From assembly GCA_963811105.1 (NCBI GenBank), contig CAWEPZ010000011.1, positions 800,001 through 864,000 of the forward strand: 64,000 nucleotides of DNA, given 5' to 3'. This stretch comes from Candidatus Bathyarchaeota archaeon. GTDB lineage: Archaea; Thermoproteota; Bathyarchaeia; Bathyarchaeales; Bathycorpusculaceae. The notes beneath the pieces were generated by a model that was not told the DNA's origin, did no database searches, and was given only the letters and a program-made list of their open reading frames with translations. Each line of letters begins with the position of its first letter. Positions within the stretch are counted from its first letter, which is position 1. Both the position numbers and the translations under genes were made by a program. Below, piece after piece: positions 17,159 through 27,481 of this stretch.

Positions 17159-20100
17159 TTACCAAAGCTTCCAGGGCAACTCATCCATATACTCGTTGAG
17201 GGAGCGGATTGAGGTGCCATTTTTGCCTTTCTGTCTTAAAACATCTACAAGAGCAGATGCTAGTTGCAAGTTTGTTATGACTGGTATGTTAAATTCTACG
17301 GCTTGGCGGCGGATAATGTAGCCGTCGGTTAAGATGTCTGAGAAACTATTCTGCCGGTTAGCTATAGGCACGTTGATGACTAAATCTATTTTTCGCTCTT
17401 GCAAATAATCCAAAATGTTCGGGTTAACTTCGGCTTCCTTAACCTTGTAAAGCACAGTAGCGAAAACACCCCCATCATTGAGAACCTGAGCCGTATGCGC
17501 AGTCGCGTAAATCCTAAAACCCATATCAGCAAAAGCCTTAGCTATAGGCACAACCCGCTTCTTACGTTCCTCATCTCCACCAACACTTATGAAAATCGCA
17601 CCATCTTTCGGCGGGATATTAAATTCAGCAGACTGCAACGCCTTAGAGAACGCATCAGAAAAGTTTTCGCCTAAACATGCCACTTCACCAGTACTTAGCA
17701 TTTCAACACCCAGTACCGGATCAGCTCCGCTCAAACGCATAAAGCTAAACTGCGGAACCTTGACCCCAACGTGAGGTGCAAGAGTCATTGGAGAGAGTTT
17801 TACGCCGTCAATTTTCTTGCCAAGCATTGCCAGAGTAGCTAGCTCAATTAAGTTTATTCCGCGGGTTTTGCTGACAAACGGCATTGAACGTGACGCTCGC
17901 AGATTGCATTCGATAACGTTAACTACGTCATCCTTAACAAGGTACTGAATATTATATGGACCGTGGATATTGAGAGCTTTAACTATGCTCAGGGTGCAAT
18001 CCTCAATTTTTTTCTGAACCTCAATCTTCAAGGCTTGAGGAGGAATAGTCATAGTTGCATCGCCGCTGTGGACACCTGCGTTCTCGACATGCTCCATTAT
18101 GGCCCCTATTAACACGGTTTCGCCGTCAGAAACGCCATCCACCTCAACTTCTTTCGCACGATTAATGAATTTGCTGATAACTACTGGGTGATCAAGGGAA
18201 ACTTTCGCTGCTAACTTTAGGAAATTTTCAAGCGAAGTCTCATTGTAAGCCACACGCATCGCTGACCCAGAAAGCACGTAACTTGGACGCACAATAACTG
18301 GATAACCAATTTTCTCAGCGAACCGTTTCGCTTCGCCGATTGATTGAAGTTTACTCCAGCTTGGCTGACAAATCTGAAGCTGATCCAAAAGTGCACTGAA
18401 TTTTGAGCGATCCTCCGCTAAATCAACGTTTTCAGCTGAAGTTCCTAGCAGTTTTACTCCAGCATTGGAGAGTTTCATGGCTAAATTGTTTGGAATTTGT
18501 CCACCAACGCTAGTGATTACGCCTATCGGGTTTTCTTTCTCGTAAATATCCAAAATTCGTTCCGTTGAAAGCTCTTCAAAGTAGAGTTTGTCTGAAACGT
18601 CATAATCTGTAGAGACTGTTTCTGGGTTATAGTTTACCATTATAGCTTCTTGAATACCGTTCTTTTTAAGCGCCCAAATAGTGTTAACGCCACACCAGTC
18701 AAATTCTACGCTGGAACCTATTCTGAAAACCCCTGCGCCCAACACGATGACTTTGCTTGTGTCGCTTCTTAATTCAATGTCATCTTCGTCTCCACCATAA
18801 GTGAGGTAGAGATAGTTTGTTTTCGCAGGCCACTCAGCCGCCAAAGTATCAATCTGCTTGATAACTGGAAGAATATTTGCACTTTTTCTAAAAGTCCGAA
18901 TCGTAAACTCATTAGTGCATTGGCATTCTGCAATTTGTTTATCTGAGAAACCTATACGTTTTGCTTCACGAACCACTTCAGCCGCAGAGCCTTCCGCAAG
19001 GTTTAGCTGTCGCAGTTGTGCTTCCATGTTAATGATATTTTCAATTTTATGCAGGAAGAATGGATCTACGCCACTTAAACGATAGATTTCAAGGATGGGT
19101 ATACCCATTTTTATTGCTTTAACAAGTTTGTAGAGTCGCTCGTCTGTAGGGTTGGCAATTGCATCGCGTATTCTTGCTTCTGTTTCGGGCTCTGAGTCTT
19201 CTGGGTTGCAGACTAAACCTACTTTGCCAGTGTCGAGCATACGCACGGCTTTTTGCAGTGCCTCTTCAAAGCAGCGTCCAATTGCCATCACTTCGCCAAC
19301 GGAGCGCATCTGGGGCCCGACGTGACGATCAGCATTCTTGAATTTTTGCAGGTCCCAGCGGGGGATTTTGACGGTTATGTAGTCTAAGGCTGGTTCAAAA
19401 CAGGCTGTGGTTACTTCTGTTACTTTATTTATAAGTTCTGGTAGCGTATAGCCAAGTGTAAGTTTTGTGGCTATGTAAGCTAAGGGATAACCGGTGACTT
19501 TGCTGGCGAGCGCAGAGCTTCTGGACATACGTGAATTAACTTCAATTACCCGGAATTCTTCAGATTTGGTATTTAGAGCCCATTGAATGTTGCATTCGCC
19601 TACAATACCTAAGGCTCGTATGGCGTTAATTGAAACTGAACGAATCAGGTGGTATTCGCGGTTAGACATAGTTTGTGAAGGCGCAACCACAATCGAATCC
19701 CCTGTGTGCACCCCCATAGGATCGAAATTCTCCATGTTGCAGACGGTTAAGCAATTGTCTGCGTAGTCACGCATAACCTCGTATTCGACTTCTTTCCAAT
19801 GTCCAACATACTCTTCGATAAGAATTTGGCTAATTCTGCTTTGAGCTAAACCACGGGTTGCGATCTCCTTAAGTTCTTCGGCATTATGGGCAACGCCTGC
19901 ACCTTTGCCTCCAAGAGTATAAGCAACCCTAACAATAACAGGGAAACCTATCTCATGTGCCACCTCCAACGCGTCTTTTACACTTGTGGCAGATTTACTG
20001 TTTAATGGAGGAACACCAGCTTTGAGCATTGCCTGCCGGAAACGTTCGCGATCACCAGTGTCCTCGATCGCATGAACAGGTGTTCCCAAAACCTTAACAT

Positions 20101-20434
20101 TATACTTTTGCAAAATACCCTTTTTCTCAAGTTCCAAACCGCAGTTCAACGCAGTTTGTCCGCCGAAACCCAAAAGAATGCCGTTGGGACGTTCTTTCTC
20201 GATAACTCGCTCAACAAACTCAGGCGTAACTGGAAGCAGATACACTTTACCTGACAACCGAGGGTCAGTCTGAATAGTGGCAATATTAGGATTAACTAGG
20301 ACGGTTTCAATGCCTTCTTCACGCAGAGCCTTTAGGCATTGGCTTCCAGAGTAGTCAAATTCGGCTGCTTCACCAATTTTTATGGCGCCGCTTCCAAGAA
20401 CCATTACTTTCTTTATCCAGTCAAACTTGGGCAT
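17159..20434 (-). CDS. carB: Carbamoyl-phosphate synthase large subunit
   Basis: MPKFDWIKKVMVLGSGAIKIGEAAEFDYSGSQ, two ATP-grasp halves and an MGS domain. Start reassigned to ATG 20434, adjacent to the carA stop. Confidence 0.98.
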   Translation of the reverse strand: MPKFDWIKKVMVLGSGAIKIGEAAEFDYSGSQCLKALREEGIETVLVNPNIATIQTDPRLSGKVYLLPVTPEFVERVIEKERPNGILLGFGGQTALNCGLELEKKGILQKYNVKVLGTPVHAIEDTGDRERFRQAMLKAGVPPLNSKSATSVKDALEVAHEIGFPVIVRVAYTLGGKGAGVAHNAEELKEIATRGLAQSRISQILIEEYVGHWKEVEYEVMRDYADNCLTVCNMENFDPMGVHTGDSIVVAPSQTMSNREYHLIRSVSINAIRALGIVGECNIQWALNTKSEEFRVIEVNSRMSRSSALASKVTGYPLAYIATKLTLGYTLPELINKVTEVTTACFEPALDYITVKIPRWDLQKFKNADRHVGPQMRSVGEVMAIGRCFEEALQKAVRMLDTGKVGLVCNPEDSEPETEARIRDAIANPTDERLYKLVKAIKMGIPILEIYRLSGVDPFFLHKIENIINMEAQLRQLNLAEGSAAEVVREAKRIGFSDKQIAECQCTNEFTIRTFRKSANILPVIKQIDTLAAEWPAKTNYLYLTYGGDEDDIELRSDTSKVIVLGAGVFRIGSSVEFDWCGVNTIWALKKNGIQEAIMVNYNPETVSTDYDVSDKLYFEELSTERILDIYEKENPIGVITSVGGQIPNNLAMKLSNAGVKLLGTSAENVDLAEDRSKFSALLDQLQICQPSWSKLQSIGEAKRFAEKIGYPVIVRPSYVLSGSAMRVAYNETSLENFLKLAAKVSLDHPVVISKFINRAKEVEVDGVSDGETVLIGAIMEHVENAGVHSGDATMTIPPQALKIEVQKKIEDCTLSIVKALNIHGPYNIQYLVKDDVVNVIECNLRASRSMPFVSKTRGINLIELATLAMLGKKIDGVKLSPMTLAPHVGVKVPQFSFMRLSGADPVLGVEMLSTGEVACLGENFSDAFSKALQSAEFNIPPKDGAIFISVGGDEERKKRVVPIAKAFADMGFRIYATAHTAQVLNDGGVFATVLYKVKEAEVNPNILDYLQERKIDLVINVPIANRQNSFSDILTDGYIIRRQAVEFNIPVITNLQLASALVDVLRQKGKNGTSIRSLNEYMDELPWKLW

Positions 20435-20435
20435 C

Positions 20436-21593
20436 TTATGGTGCCTCCAACATCTTTGCAAACTTATCAAACAGCATTTCGGTGTCATATGGTCCTGGCG
20501 AGGCTTCAGGATGCCACTGCACAGCAAAAACTGGTTTATTCTTGTGTTTAACGCCTTCAGTTGTTTTATCATTAGCGTTTATAAACCAAGTTTCCAAGGG
20601 AGTTTTCTTCAAGGATTCAATGTCCACTGCGTAACCGTGATTTTGAGTTGTAATGTAGCATCGGCGGTTATTCAAGTCAAACGCGGGCTGGTTTTGGGCG
20701 CGGTGACCAAACTTTAACTTGTAAGTGTCCCCGCCCATTGCTAAAGCCAGGATTTGCGCGCCCAGACAAATACCCATAAACGGAACTTTGTCAACTACCT
20801 CTCGGACGCAATCTATTGTTTTCACGCATTTTTTGGGGTCACCTGGACCATTGCTTAAGAAAACTCCGTCAGGATGGTAGCTCATTACTTTGCTAGCGGA
20901 AGTGTCATAGGGCACTCGTACAACGTTTATGCCTCGTTTAAGCAGGTTACGGATTATGCTGTACTTTACACCGCAGTCGATCAGGACAACCGTTTTGTTT
21001 CCTTCGACGGTATATGTAACAGGCTTTTTCACGGACACCTCCTTAACTAAGTCAGTCAAATTTGGATCAGCTATGGTTTTGCCATTCTTTAAAAGGGCGT
21101 CCAAATTTGGCTCTTCATTAGCTTCGAAAACTTGCAAGATTCCAAGCATAACACCGTGAGTTCTAAGCTTCTTAGTTAAGCGTCTGGTATCTACGCCGTA
21201 AATCCCTGGGACGCCCTCATCCAGAAGCCATTTATCCAGGGTTCTTGTTGAGGCCCAATGGAATGGTTCATGACATAATTCATGGATCACTAAACCTTGT
21301 ACCTGGATATGATCTGACTCAAAATACAGCGGCAAACCATGGTTTAATTCGTTGCCTGGAACACCATAATTGCCAATAAGCGGATAAGTGAAGTTTAAAA
21401 TTTGACCTTTATAAGACGGATCAGTAAGTGCTTCTGGATAACCAACCATCTGAGTTGAAAATACTACTTCACCCGAGATTTTTCCTGTTGCTCCAAAACC
21501 CTTACCGATAAAGGACGTTCCATCTTCAAGAAGCAGAATCGCTTTTTTATTTTTGTTGGACGTGCTATCTTGTGGGACCAAAGCCCTATTCAA
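20436..21593 (-). CDS. carA: Carbamoyl-phosphate synthase small subunit
   Basis: LTDPSYKGQI, SNGPGDP, GICLG catalytic Cys, QWHPEASPGP. Confidence 0.98.
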   Translation of the reverse strand: MNRALVPQDSTSNKNKKAILLLEDGTSFIGKGFGATGKISGEVVFSTQMVGYPEALTDPSYKGQILNFTYPLIGNYGVPGNELNHGLPLYFESDHIQVQGLVIHELCHEPFHWASTRTLDKWLLDEGVPGIYGVDTRRLTKKLRTHGVMLGILQVFEANEEPNLDALLKNGKTIADPNLTDLVKEVSVKKPVTYTVEGNKTVVLIDCGVKYSIIRNLLKRGINVVRVPYDTSASKVMSYHPDGVFLSNGPGDPKKCVKTIDCVREVVDKVPFMGICLGAQILALAMGGDTYKLKFGHRAQNQPAFDLNNRRCYITTQNHGYAVDIESLKKTPLETWFINANDKTTEGVKHKNKPVFAVQWHPEASPGPYDTEMLFDKFAKMLEAP

Positions 21594-21594
21594 C

Positions 21595-23106
21595 CTATAA
21601 GACTGGATTTTTAAGTCTTCCGATTGTCGAAGAAGTCGAAAGAGAATAAGACATCACGGTTAAGTTAAGTGTCTTTTCTGTGTCCTCAAGATTCTTTTGC
21701 AGCTTAGTAATGTGTGTTTTTGTTTGTTCCATTTTTTTCTTGATTGCTTTGATGGCTCTTTCAACCTCTGCGGGGGAAGGACCGCCTTGGACTTTATATG
21801 TTTCTACTATTTTGGTCGGGTTTGTGCATGCTATTATGTCCTCTTTTTTGACCGTTAACTTATCTTCAGTTGATTCCTGAGCAACTTTCTGAAGCAGTTC
21901 TGGCGTGGCATCAAGCAATGTTTGCTTGGAATCAACAAGTGATTTGACAAGAGCGCCTACTATCTTATGAGCTGTGCGGAAAGCAACATTATGTTTTTGT
22001 ACAAGCATGTTTGCGAGCTCGGTTGCGCCCACAAAACCTAAAGCGGCTTTGCTTTCAACGTTTTTGGACACTTTCAAGTTAGGCACAAGCTCTGCAAATA
22101 TACGCAATGAACTGTCCAAGTTGTCTATGGAAGCCCAGAGTTTCGGTGTTATCTCCTGGAAATCAAGATTGTAAGTTGTCGGCAAACTCTTCAGAATTGC
22201 AGTTGAAGTTACAAAATCTCCCAGGACATAGCTGGCTCTTGCTCGAATAACTTCAAGCACTTCCGGATTCTTTTTTTGCGGCATTATACTACTGGTCGAC
22301 GTGAAATCGTCAGGCAGCTCAACTGTGCCAAACTCTTGTGAGCTCCAAATTATCAAATCCTCAGCCAAACGGCTCAAATTGACGGCCATTAATGCCAAAG
22401 CGGCTTGGGTTTCAAGTATGAAGTCTCGACTACCAACTGCGTCAATCGAGTTCTCCAACACCGCGTCAAAGCCTAAGAGCTTAGCGGTTCTTTTGCGGTT
22501 TATAGGGAAACTTGTTGTTGCTAATGCACCTGAGCCAAGAGGACACAAGTTAACATGTTGATAAGCGTCTTGCAATCGTTCTAAGTCGCGGTCTAAGGCT
22601 TGAACATATGAAAGCAGGTAGTGGGCAAATGTTACTGGTTGAGCCGCTTGCAGATGAGTGTACGCCAAAATGACTGTATTAACATGCTTGCTTGCTACGT
22701 CAATAAGGTTTTGTTGCATAGCAAGAACTTTAAGCATTATTTCGGCGAGTTCTTTTCTGAGTTGCATGCGAATTGCAGTTGCTATTTGGTCGTTTCGACT
22801 TTTGGCGATATGCAGGTTTCCGCCGACGTCGGGTCCTGTTTCTTTAAGAACGGTTTCTTCAACAGCCATATGAACATCTTCAGCGGCTGGGTCAACCTTT
22901 ATGCCGTCTAGCTTTTGGAGCGCTTTGAGGATTTTTGCTCCGTCTTGCCAATGAATAATTTTTCGCTCCATAAGCATTATGATATGGGCTTTGTTAATGT
23001 CAACTACAGCTTTGGCTAAGCGTTCATCGTCTTTTCGTGAAGAAGTAAACGCTGCAACATCTTTACGTACAGATGGTAGCCGTCCGCCATGTAGTATTTT
23101 TGACAT
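21595..23106 (-). CDS. argH: Argininosuccinate lyase
   Basis: SRNDQ, YTHLQAAQP, SSIMPQKKNPE. Confidence 0.97.
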   Translation of the reverse strand: MSKILHGGRLPSVRKDVAAFTSSRKDDERLAKAVVDINKAHIIMLMERKIIHWQDGAKILKALQKLDGIKVDPAAEDVHMAVEETVLKETGPDVGGNLHIAKSRNDQIATAIRMQLRKELAEIMLKVLAMQQNLIDVASKHVNTVILAYTHLQAAQPVTFAHYLLSYVQALDRDLERLQDAYQHVNLCPLGSGALATTSFPINRKRTAKLLGFDAVLENSIDAVGSRDFILETQAALALMAVNLSRLAEDLIIWSSQEFGTVELPDDFTSTSSIMPQKKNPEVLEVIRARASYVLGDFVTSTAILKSLPTTYNLDFQEITPKLWASIDNLDSSLRIFAELVPNLKVSKNVESKAALGFVGATELANMLVQKHNVAFRTAHKIVGALVKSLVDSKQTLLDATPELLQKVAQESTEDKLTVKKEDIIACTNPTKIVETYKVQGGPSPAEVERAIKAIKKKMEQTKTHITKLQKNLEDTEKTLNLTVMSYSLSTSSTIGRLKNPVL

Positions 23107-23137
23107 TTCATTCAGCCCTCCGTTGCCTCATGCTTTC

Positions 23138-24376
23138 TTATTTTTTCTTAGTTTTCTCTGGTGCCTTTTTGTTTCGATTTTTGAGGGCGTTATACATTCT
23201 TGTCTGTAAGCCCCAGAGTTCAATGAAGCCTTTCGAGTAGGACTGATTAAATGAGGCTTTGATGTTGTAGTTTGCTAAGTTTTTGTCGTAAAGTGACATT
23301 GGCGAGGTGCGCCCGATTACAATCATGCTGCCCTTGTAGAGTTTGAGTTGGACTTCTCCAGTCACGTTTTCCTGAGACTTGTTGATGAAAGCGTCAAGGT
23401 CATCTTTGAGTGGGTCAACCCATAAGCCAGCGTAGGCAAGGAAAACCCATTCCGCGTCAACCTGCTGCTTGAAGAGGACTTGGTGCCGAGTCATAACCAT
23501 CTTTTCCAAATCTTTGTGAGCTTCCAATATGACGGTTGCTGCAGGGCACTCGTAAACTTCGCGGGATTTTATGCCGACAAGACGGTCTTCAATGTGATCT
23601 ATTCTGCCGACTCCGTTTCTTCCAGCAATCTTATTCATTTCTTCAATAAGTTCCAGCGGCAGCATAGCTTTTCCGTTTACTGCCACAGGTACGCCAGCCT
23701 CAAACTGTAAAGAAACAATTTCCGGGGTATCTGGTGCTTTTTCAGGTGAAGTTGTCCATTCATAAGCATCTTCAGGCGGCGCTTGACTTGCATCTTCAAG
23801 CAAGCCACATTCAATTGCACGTCCCCAAACGCTCGCATCTATACTGTATTTTTTAGCGGCGCTGGAGACGGGTATGCCTTTAGTTTTGGCGTAAGCGATT
23901 TCTTCTTCGCGGGTCATGCCCCACTCGCGTACGGGAGCAATAATTTTTTTGTCTGGAGCTAAAGAACCAAGTGTTACATCAAAGCGTACTTGGTCGTTGC
24001 CTCTTCCAGTGCAACCATGCGCTAAACCTGTGGCACCTTCTTTTTCGGCTACTTCAACCATCTTTGCTGCAATAAGTGGTCTTGAGAGACTCGTGCTGAT
24101 AGGATACTTTCCCTCGTAGAGGGCGTTGGCTTTTATTGCTGGAAAAATATAATCTTTTGCAAATTCGTCTTTGGCATCGATTGAAAAATGTTTTAAAACA
24201 CCAAGTTTCTTGGCTTTCTCCTCGGCGACTTTGAGGTCTTCTTGTTGGCCAACATCAACGGTCACGGTGATAACTTGCGCATCATATTTTTCTTGGAGGT
24301 ACTTGATTAACACGGATGTGTCTAATCCGCCAGAGTAGGCCAGCACGATTCTTTCGGTTATTGTTTGCTCCCTCAT
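23138..24376 (-). CDS. argG: Argininosuccinate synthase
   Basis: LAYSGGLDTS, HGCTGRGNDQVRF, GIKSREVYE. Confidence 0.98.
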   Translation of the reverse strand: MREQTITERIVLAYSGGLDTSVLIKYLQEKYDAQVITVTVDVGQQEDLKVAEEKAKKLGVLKHFSIDAKDEFAKDYIFPAIKANALYEGKYPISTSLSRPLIAAKMVEVAEKEGATGLAHGCTGRGNDQVRFDVTLGSLAPDKKIIAPVREWGMTREEEIAYAKTKGIPVSSAAKKYSIDASVWGRAIECGLLEDASQAPPEDAYEWTTSPEKAPDTPEIVSLQFEAGVPVAVNGKAMLPLELIEEMNKIAGRNGVGRIDHIEDRLVGIKSREVYECPAATVILEAHKDLEKMVMTRHQVLFKQQVDAEWVFLAYAGLWVDPLKDDLDAFINKSQENVTGEVQLKLYKGSMIVIGRTSPMSLYDKNLANYNIKASFNQSYSKGFIELWGLQTRMYNALKNRNKKAPEKTKKK

Positions 24377-24433
24377 TTTTTAATTTGATTGTTCCCGATA
24401 CCTTCAATGCTATATTTTTAAAGGTTGTGACTT

Positions 24434-24477
24434 TTTTGTTACTTAACAAAACTTAAATGTACCATTTGATACATTTA
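24434..24477. promoter_or_regulatory. Two inverted repeats in the divergent arg/thr promoter
   Basis: TTTTGTTA-CT-TAACAAAA (24434-24451) and TAAATGTA-N8-TACATTTA (24454-24477). Confidence 0.5.
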
Positions 24478-24486
24478 GTAGGTATT

Positions 24487-25065
24487 ATGACAATCGCTCA
24501 AGACGTGAGAAACTACCTACGAAACAAACCTTACCTACTGGAAGCTTTGGAAAAAGGCATAGTAAACCTTAGCGAGCTTTCAAGACAAATACAAAAAGAC
24601 CTAAAAACCGACGACACAAGCGCCATAAAAGCCGCGCTACGCCGATACTCAGAAGAACTCCAAAAGCACAAACAGAAAAGAGAAGAAAAAGTCCTTCAAC
24701 TCCTAAAACGAAGCAGTATTGCTGTCTATGACCGAAAAGCCGTCATGATAACGAGCAAAGAAATCACCACAAAACGAGGTATGGAAGTTGACTTACTAGG
24801 GAAATTTGTCTATCTGCTTGACAGAAGCGACTTACCTGAGCGCATTAGCACTTTGGTTAAGCATGACAATTGTACAATGGTTGTAGTCCATTCACCCGAG
24901 GAATTGGAAGCAACGCCTGGAGTTGTGGCCTTCTTGGCTACAATATTGGCAGAGCAAAATGTGAACATTGTTGAGTTCATTTCATGCTGGACAGAAACAA
25001 TCATGGTTGTTGACAAAAAGGACAGTCTGAAAACTTACGAAACTTTATCAAATATGGTGGGTTAA
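24487..25065 (+). CDS. Archaeal ACT-domain protein with an N-terminal helical domain (putative amino-acid-responsive regulator)
   Basis: MTIAQDVRNYL...ALEKGIVNLSELSRQI, and C-terminal ACT TPGVVAFLATILAEQNVNIVEFISCWTE. Start taken at the second ATG. Confidence 0.8.
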   Translation: MTIAQDVRNYLRNKPYLLEALEKGIVNLSELSRQIQKDLKTDDTSAIKAALRRYSEELQKHKQKREEKVLQLLKRSSIAVYDRKAVMITSKEITTKRGMEVDLLGKFVYLLDRSDLPERISTLVKHDNCTMVVVHSPEELEATPGVVAFLATILAEQNVNIVEFISCWTETIMVVDKKDSLKTYETLSNMVG

Positions 25066-25173
25066 CTTCTGCAATTTCAACAACAAAATTAATAATGCCA
25101 CAACTGATACATCACCTACAGCTTTAGTTACAACCCTTAGAAAAGACTCGAACTCAATGGATAGGGAAATAAT

Positions 25174-26424
25174 ATGGTTCATCAAGAATGTATAAACTGC
25201 AAAACACGGTACAACATAGACGAGATAGTTTACTTCTGCAAAAAATGCGGAGACATACTTGAAATAAAACTCGACTTTAAAGAGCTATCTCAAACCCTAA
25301 AGACCAGCGACTGGAAAACAAAGCCGTTGTCCGTCTGGCGATACCGCGACTTCATGCCCATTCACGAAGCCGCGCACATAGTTACCTTAAACGAAGGCGG
25401 CACAGGATTGCACCGTTCCCCGCGTTTAGGAGAAGAAGTCGGACTAAAAGAAGTGTACGTTAAGAACGAGGGGGAAAACCCCACAGGAAGCTTCAAAGAT
25501 CGAGGCATGACGGTTGGCGTCACCAAAGCCGTTGAATTAGGTGCAAAGCACGTCATCTGTGCTTCAACAGGCAATACCAGCGCCAGCTTAGCAGCCTATG
25601 CTGCAAGAGCAGGATTAAGATGCACTGTTCTTATCCCCACGGGCAAGATTGCTTACGGAAAATTGGCGCAAGCCATGATACACGGCGCCAAAGTTCTTCA
25701 GGTCCGAGGAAACTTTGATCAAGCCTTAGAATTTGTGCTAAAGCTGGCTGAGAAGCACAAGAGTATTTACCTTCTTAACTCAATTAACCCATTCCGTATT
25801 GAAGGGCAAAAATCCCTGGGATACGAAATCTGCGAGCAACTTAACAATCAAGTCCCTGACAGAATCATCATTCCTGTGGGCAATGCTGGAAACATAAGTG
25901 CTGTCTGGAAAGGCTTAACTGAGTTCCACAAACTGGGCTTCATAAAAACGTTGCCGAAAATGACAGGAATACAAGCGTCTGGCTCTGCGCCGATAGTGAC
26001 GGCTATAAAAACGAACAGCAATAAAATCATCCCGGTTGAAAACCCAGAGACTGTAGCTACTGCTATCCGAATTGGGGCTCCAGTAAGTTGGAAAAAAGCA
26101 GTCAATGCTATCCGAGAATCGCATGGAACAGCTGAGACTGTAACTGACGAGGAAATTTTGGATGCGCAAAAGATGCTTGCGCGAATTGAGGGTATCTTTG
26201 TGGAGCCTGCAAGCGCCTCATCTATTGCGGGATTGAAGAAGCTGGTAAAGAACGGCATTATCAATAGGGATGAAAGAGTAGTCTGCATTACCACAGGTCA
26301 TGGACTTAAAGACCCAGATACAGCCATTAAGCAATGTGAAAAACCAGTAGAAGTTGACGCTGAAATATCAGCAATCGAGCAGGCTTTAGGGTTAAAATCG
26401 CAAAGGGTCATTCTCGCTAGGTGA
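25174..26424 (+). CDS. thrC: Threonine synthase
   Basis: N-terminal Zn ribbon, NPTGSFKDRG PLP lysine, CASTGNTS, TGHGLKDP. Confidence 0.96.
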   Translation: MVHQECINCKTRYNIDEIVYFCKKCGDILEIKLDFKELSQTLKTSDWKTKPLSVWRYRDFMPIHEAAHIVTLNEGGTGLHRSPRLGEEVGLKEVYVKNEGENPTGSFKDRGMTVGVTKAVELGAKHVICASTGNTSASLAAYAARAGLRCTVLIPTGKIAYGKLAQAMIHGAKVLQVRGNFDQALEFVLKLAEKHKSIYLLNSINPFRIEGQKSLGYEICEQLNNQVPDRIIIPVGNAGNISAVWKGLTEFHKLGFIKTLPKMTGIQASGSAPIVTAIKTNSNKIIPVENPETVATAIRIGAPVSWKKAVNAIRESHGTAETVTDEEILDAQKMLARIEGIFVEPASASSIAGLKKLVKNGIINRDERVVCITTGHGLKDPDTAIKQCEKPVEVDAEISAIEQALGLKSQRVILAR

Positions 26425-26431
26425 AGGAAAC

Positions 26432-27481
26432 ATGAGAATTATCTTAGTTGGCTATGGCGTAGTAGGAAAAGGCGTAACTACCATTCTTGCTCGCAGATAT
26501 ACTGAAAAAGTTAAGGATTACGGATTTAACCCAAAAATCGTTGCCATCGCAGATATAGATGGCGCTGTCATAAACCCAAGAGGCCTAAGCCCAGAAAAGC
26601 TGGAAGAGATTAAACAACGAGGTTACCCCATATCCGCAGATCCCGATTTTGGTCACCCAAAAATGTTGGCGTTAGACGTTATTGACTCAGTCGAAGCAGA
26701 AGTAGTTGTTGAAGTCACCCCCGTCAACATCAAAAACGGTGAACCAGCCCTATCACACATCACCAAAGCGTTCAAAACCGGAAAACATGTTGTTACAACC
26801 AACAAAGGACCATTAGCCTTAGCAATGCCAGCTCTCACAGAACTAGCTGACTATAACAATGTGTACCTGCGATTTAGCGGAACAGTTGGCGGCGGAACAC
26901 CTATGCTGGAGTTTGCCAAACGATGCCTTGCAGGAGACAAAATCCTCGCCATACGAGGAATACTAAATGGCACAACCAATTACATACTAACTGAAATGTC
27001 TCAAAATCGACTTTCCTTCCAAGAAGCACTAACTAATGCACAGAAGCTTGGTTACGCTGAGAGGGAACCGTCCATGGATATTGACGGATTTGATACGGCA
27101 TGTAAAGTTGTCATTCTGGCGAACTGGATAATGAACAAAAAAATAACCTTAAAGGACGTTGACAGAATAGGCATAAGAGATGTTTCATTGCAGGCCCTTG
27201 ATGAAGCTTCAAAGAGGGGCAATACAATCAAGCTCATTGGTTTAATAGACAACGATAAACCAACAGTCAAGCCGACTGAAATACCGAAAAATAACCCTTT
27301 ATGCGTCAGTGGAGTTCTAAACGCGATAACCTTTTCTACTGAATACGCTGCCGAACAAACCCTCATCGGAAGAGGCGCTGGGGGAATTGAGACAGCCAGT
27401 GCAGTTTTAAGAGACCTCTTAGACATAAGACATAAGTTAGCAAATCGACTGCTAAACAATAACTCGGAGTTACAAGCATGA
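26432..27481 (+). CDS. hom: Homoserine dehydrogenase
   Basis: GYGVVG, VVTTNKGP, GILNGTTNYIL, GRGAGGIETASA. Confidence 0.96.
   Translation: MRIILVGYGVVGKGVTTILARRYTEKVKDYGFNPKIVAIADIDGAVINPRGLSPEKLEEIKQRGYPISADPDFGHPKMLALDVIDSVEAEVVVEVTPVNIKNGEPALSHITKAFKTGKHVVTTNKGPLALAMPALTELADYNNVYLRFSGTVGGGTPMLEFAKRCLAGDKILAIRGILNGTTNYILTEMSQNRLSFQEALTNAQKLGYAEREPSMDIDGFDTACKVVILANWIMNKKITLKDVDRIGIRDVSLQALDEASKRGNTIKLIGLIDNDKPTVKPTEIPKNNPLCVSGVLNAITFSTEYAAEQTLIGRGAGGIETASAVLRDLLDIRHKLANRLLNNNSELQA

Noticed and set aside
20435-20572. 46-aa N-terminal extension of CarB in the ORF track
   Set aside because: It overlaps carA; homology starts at MPKFDWIKK (ATG 20434).
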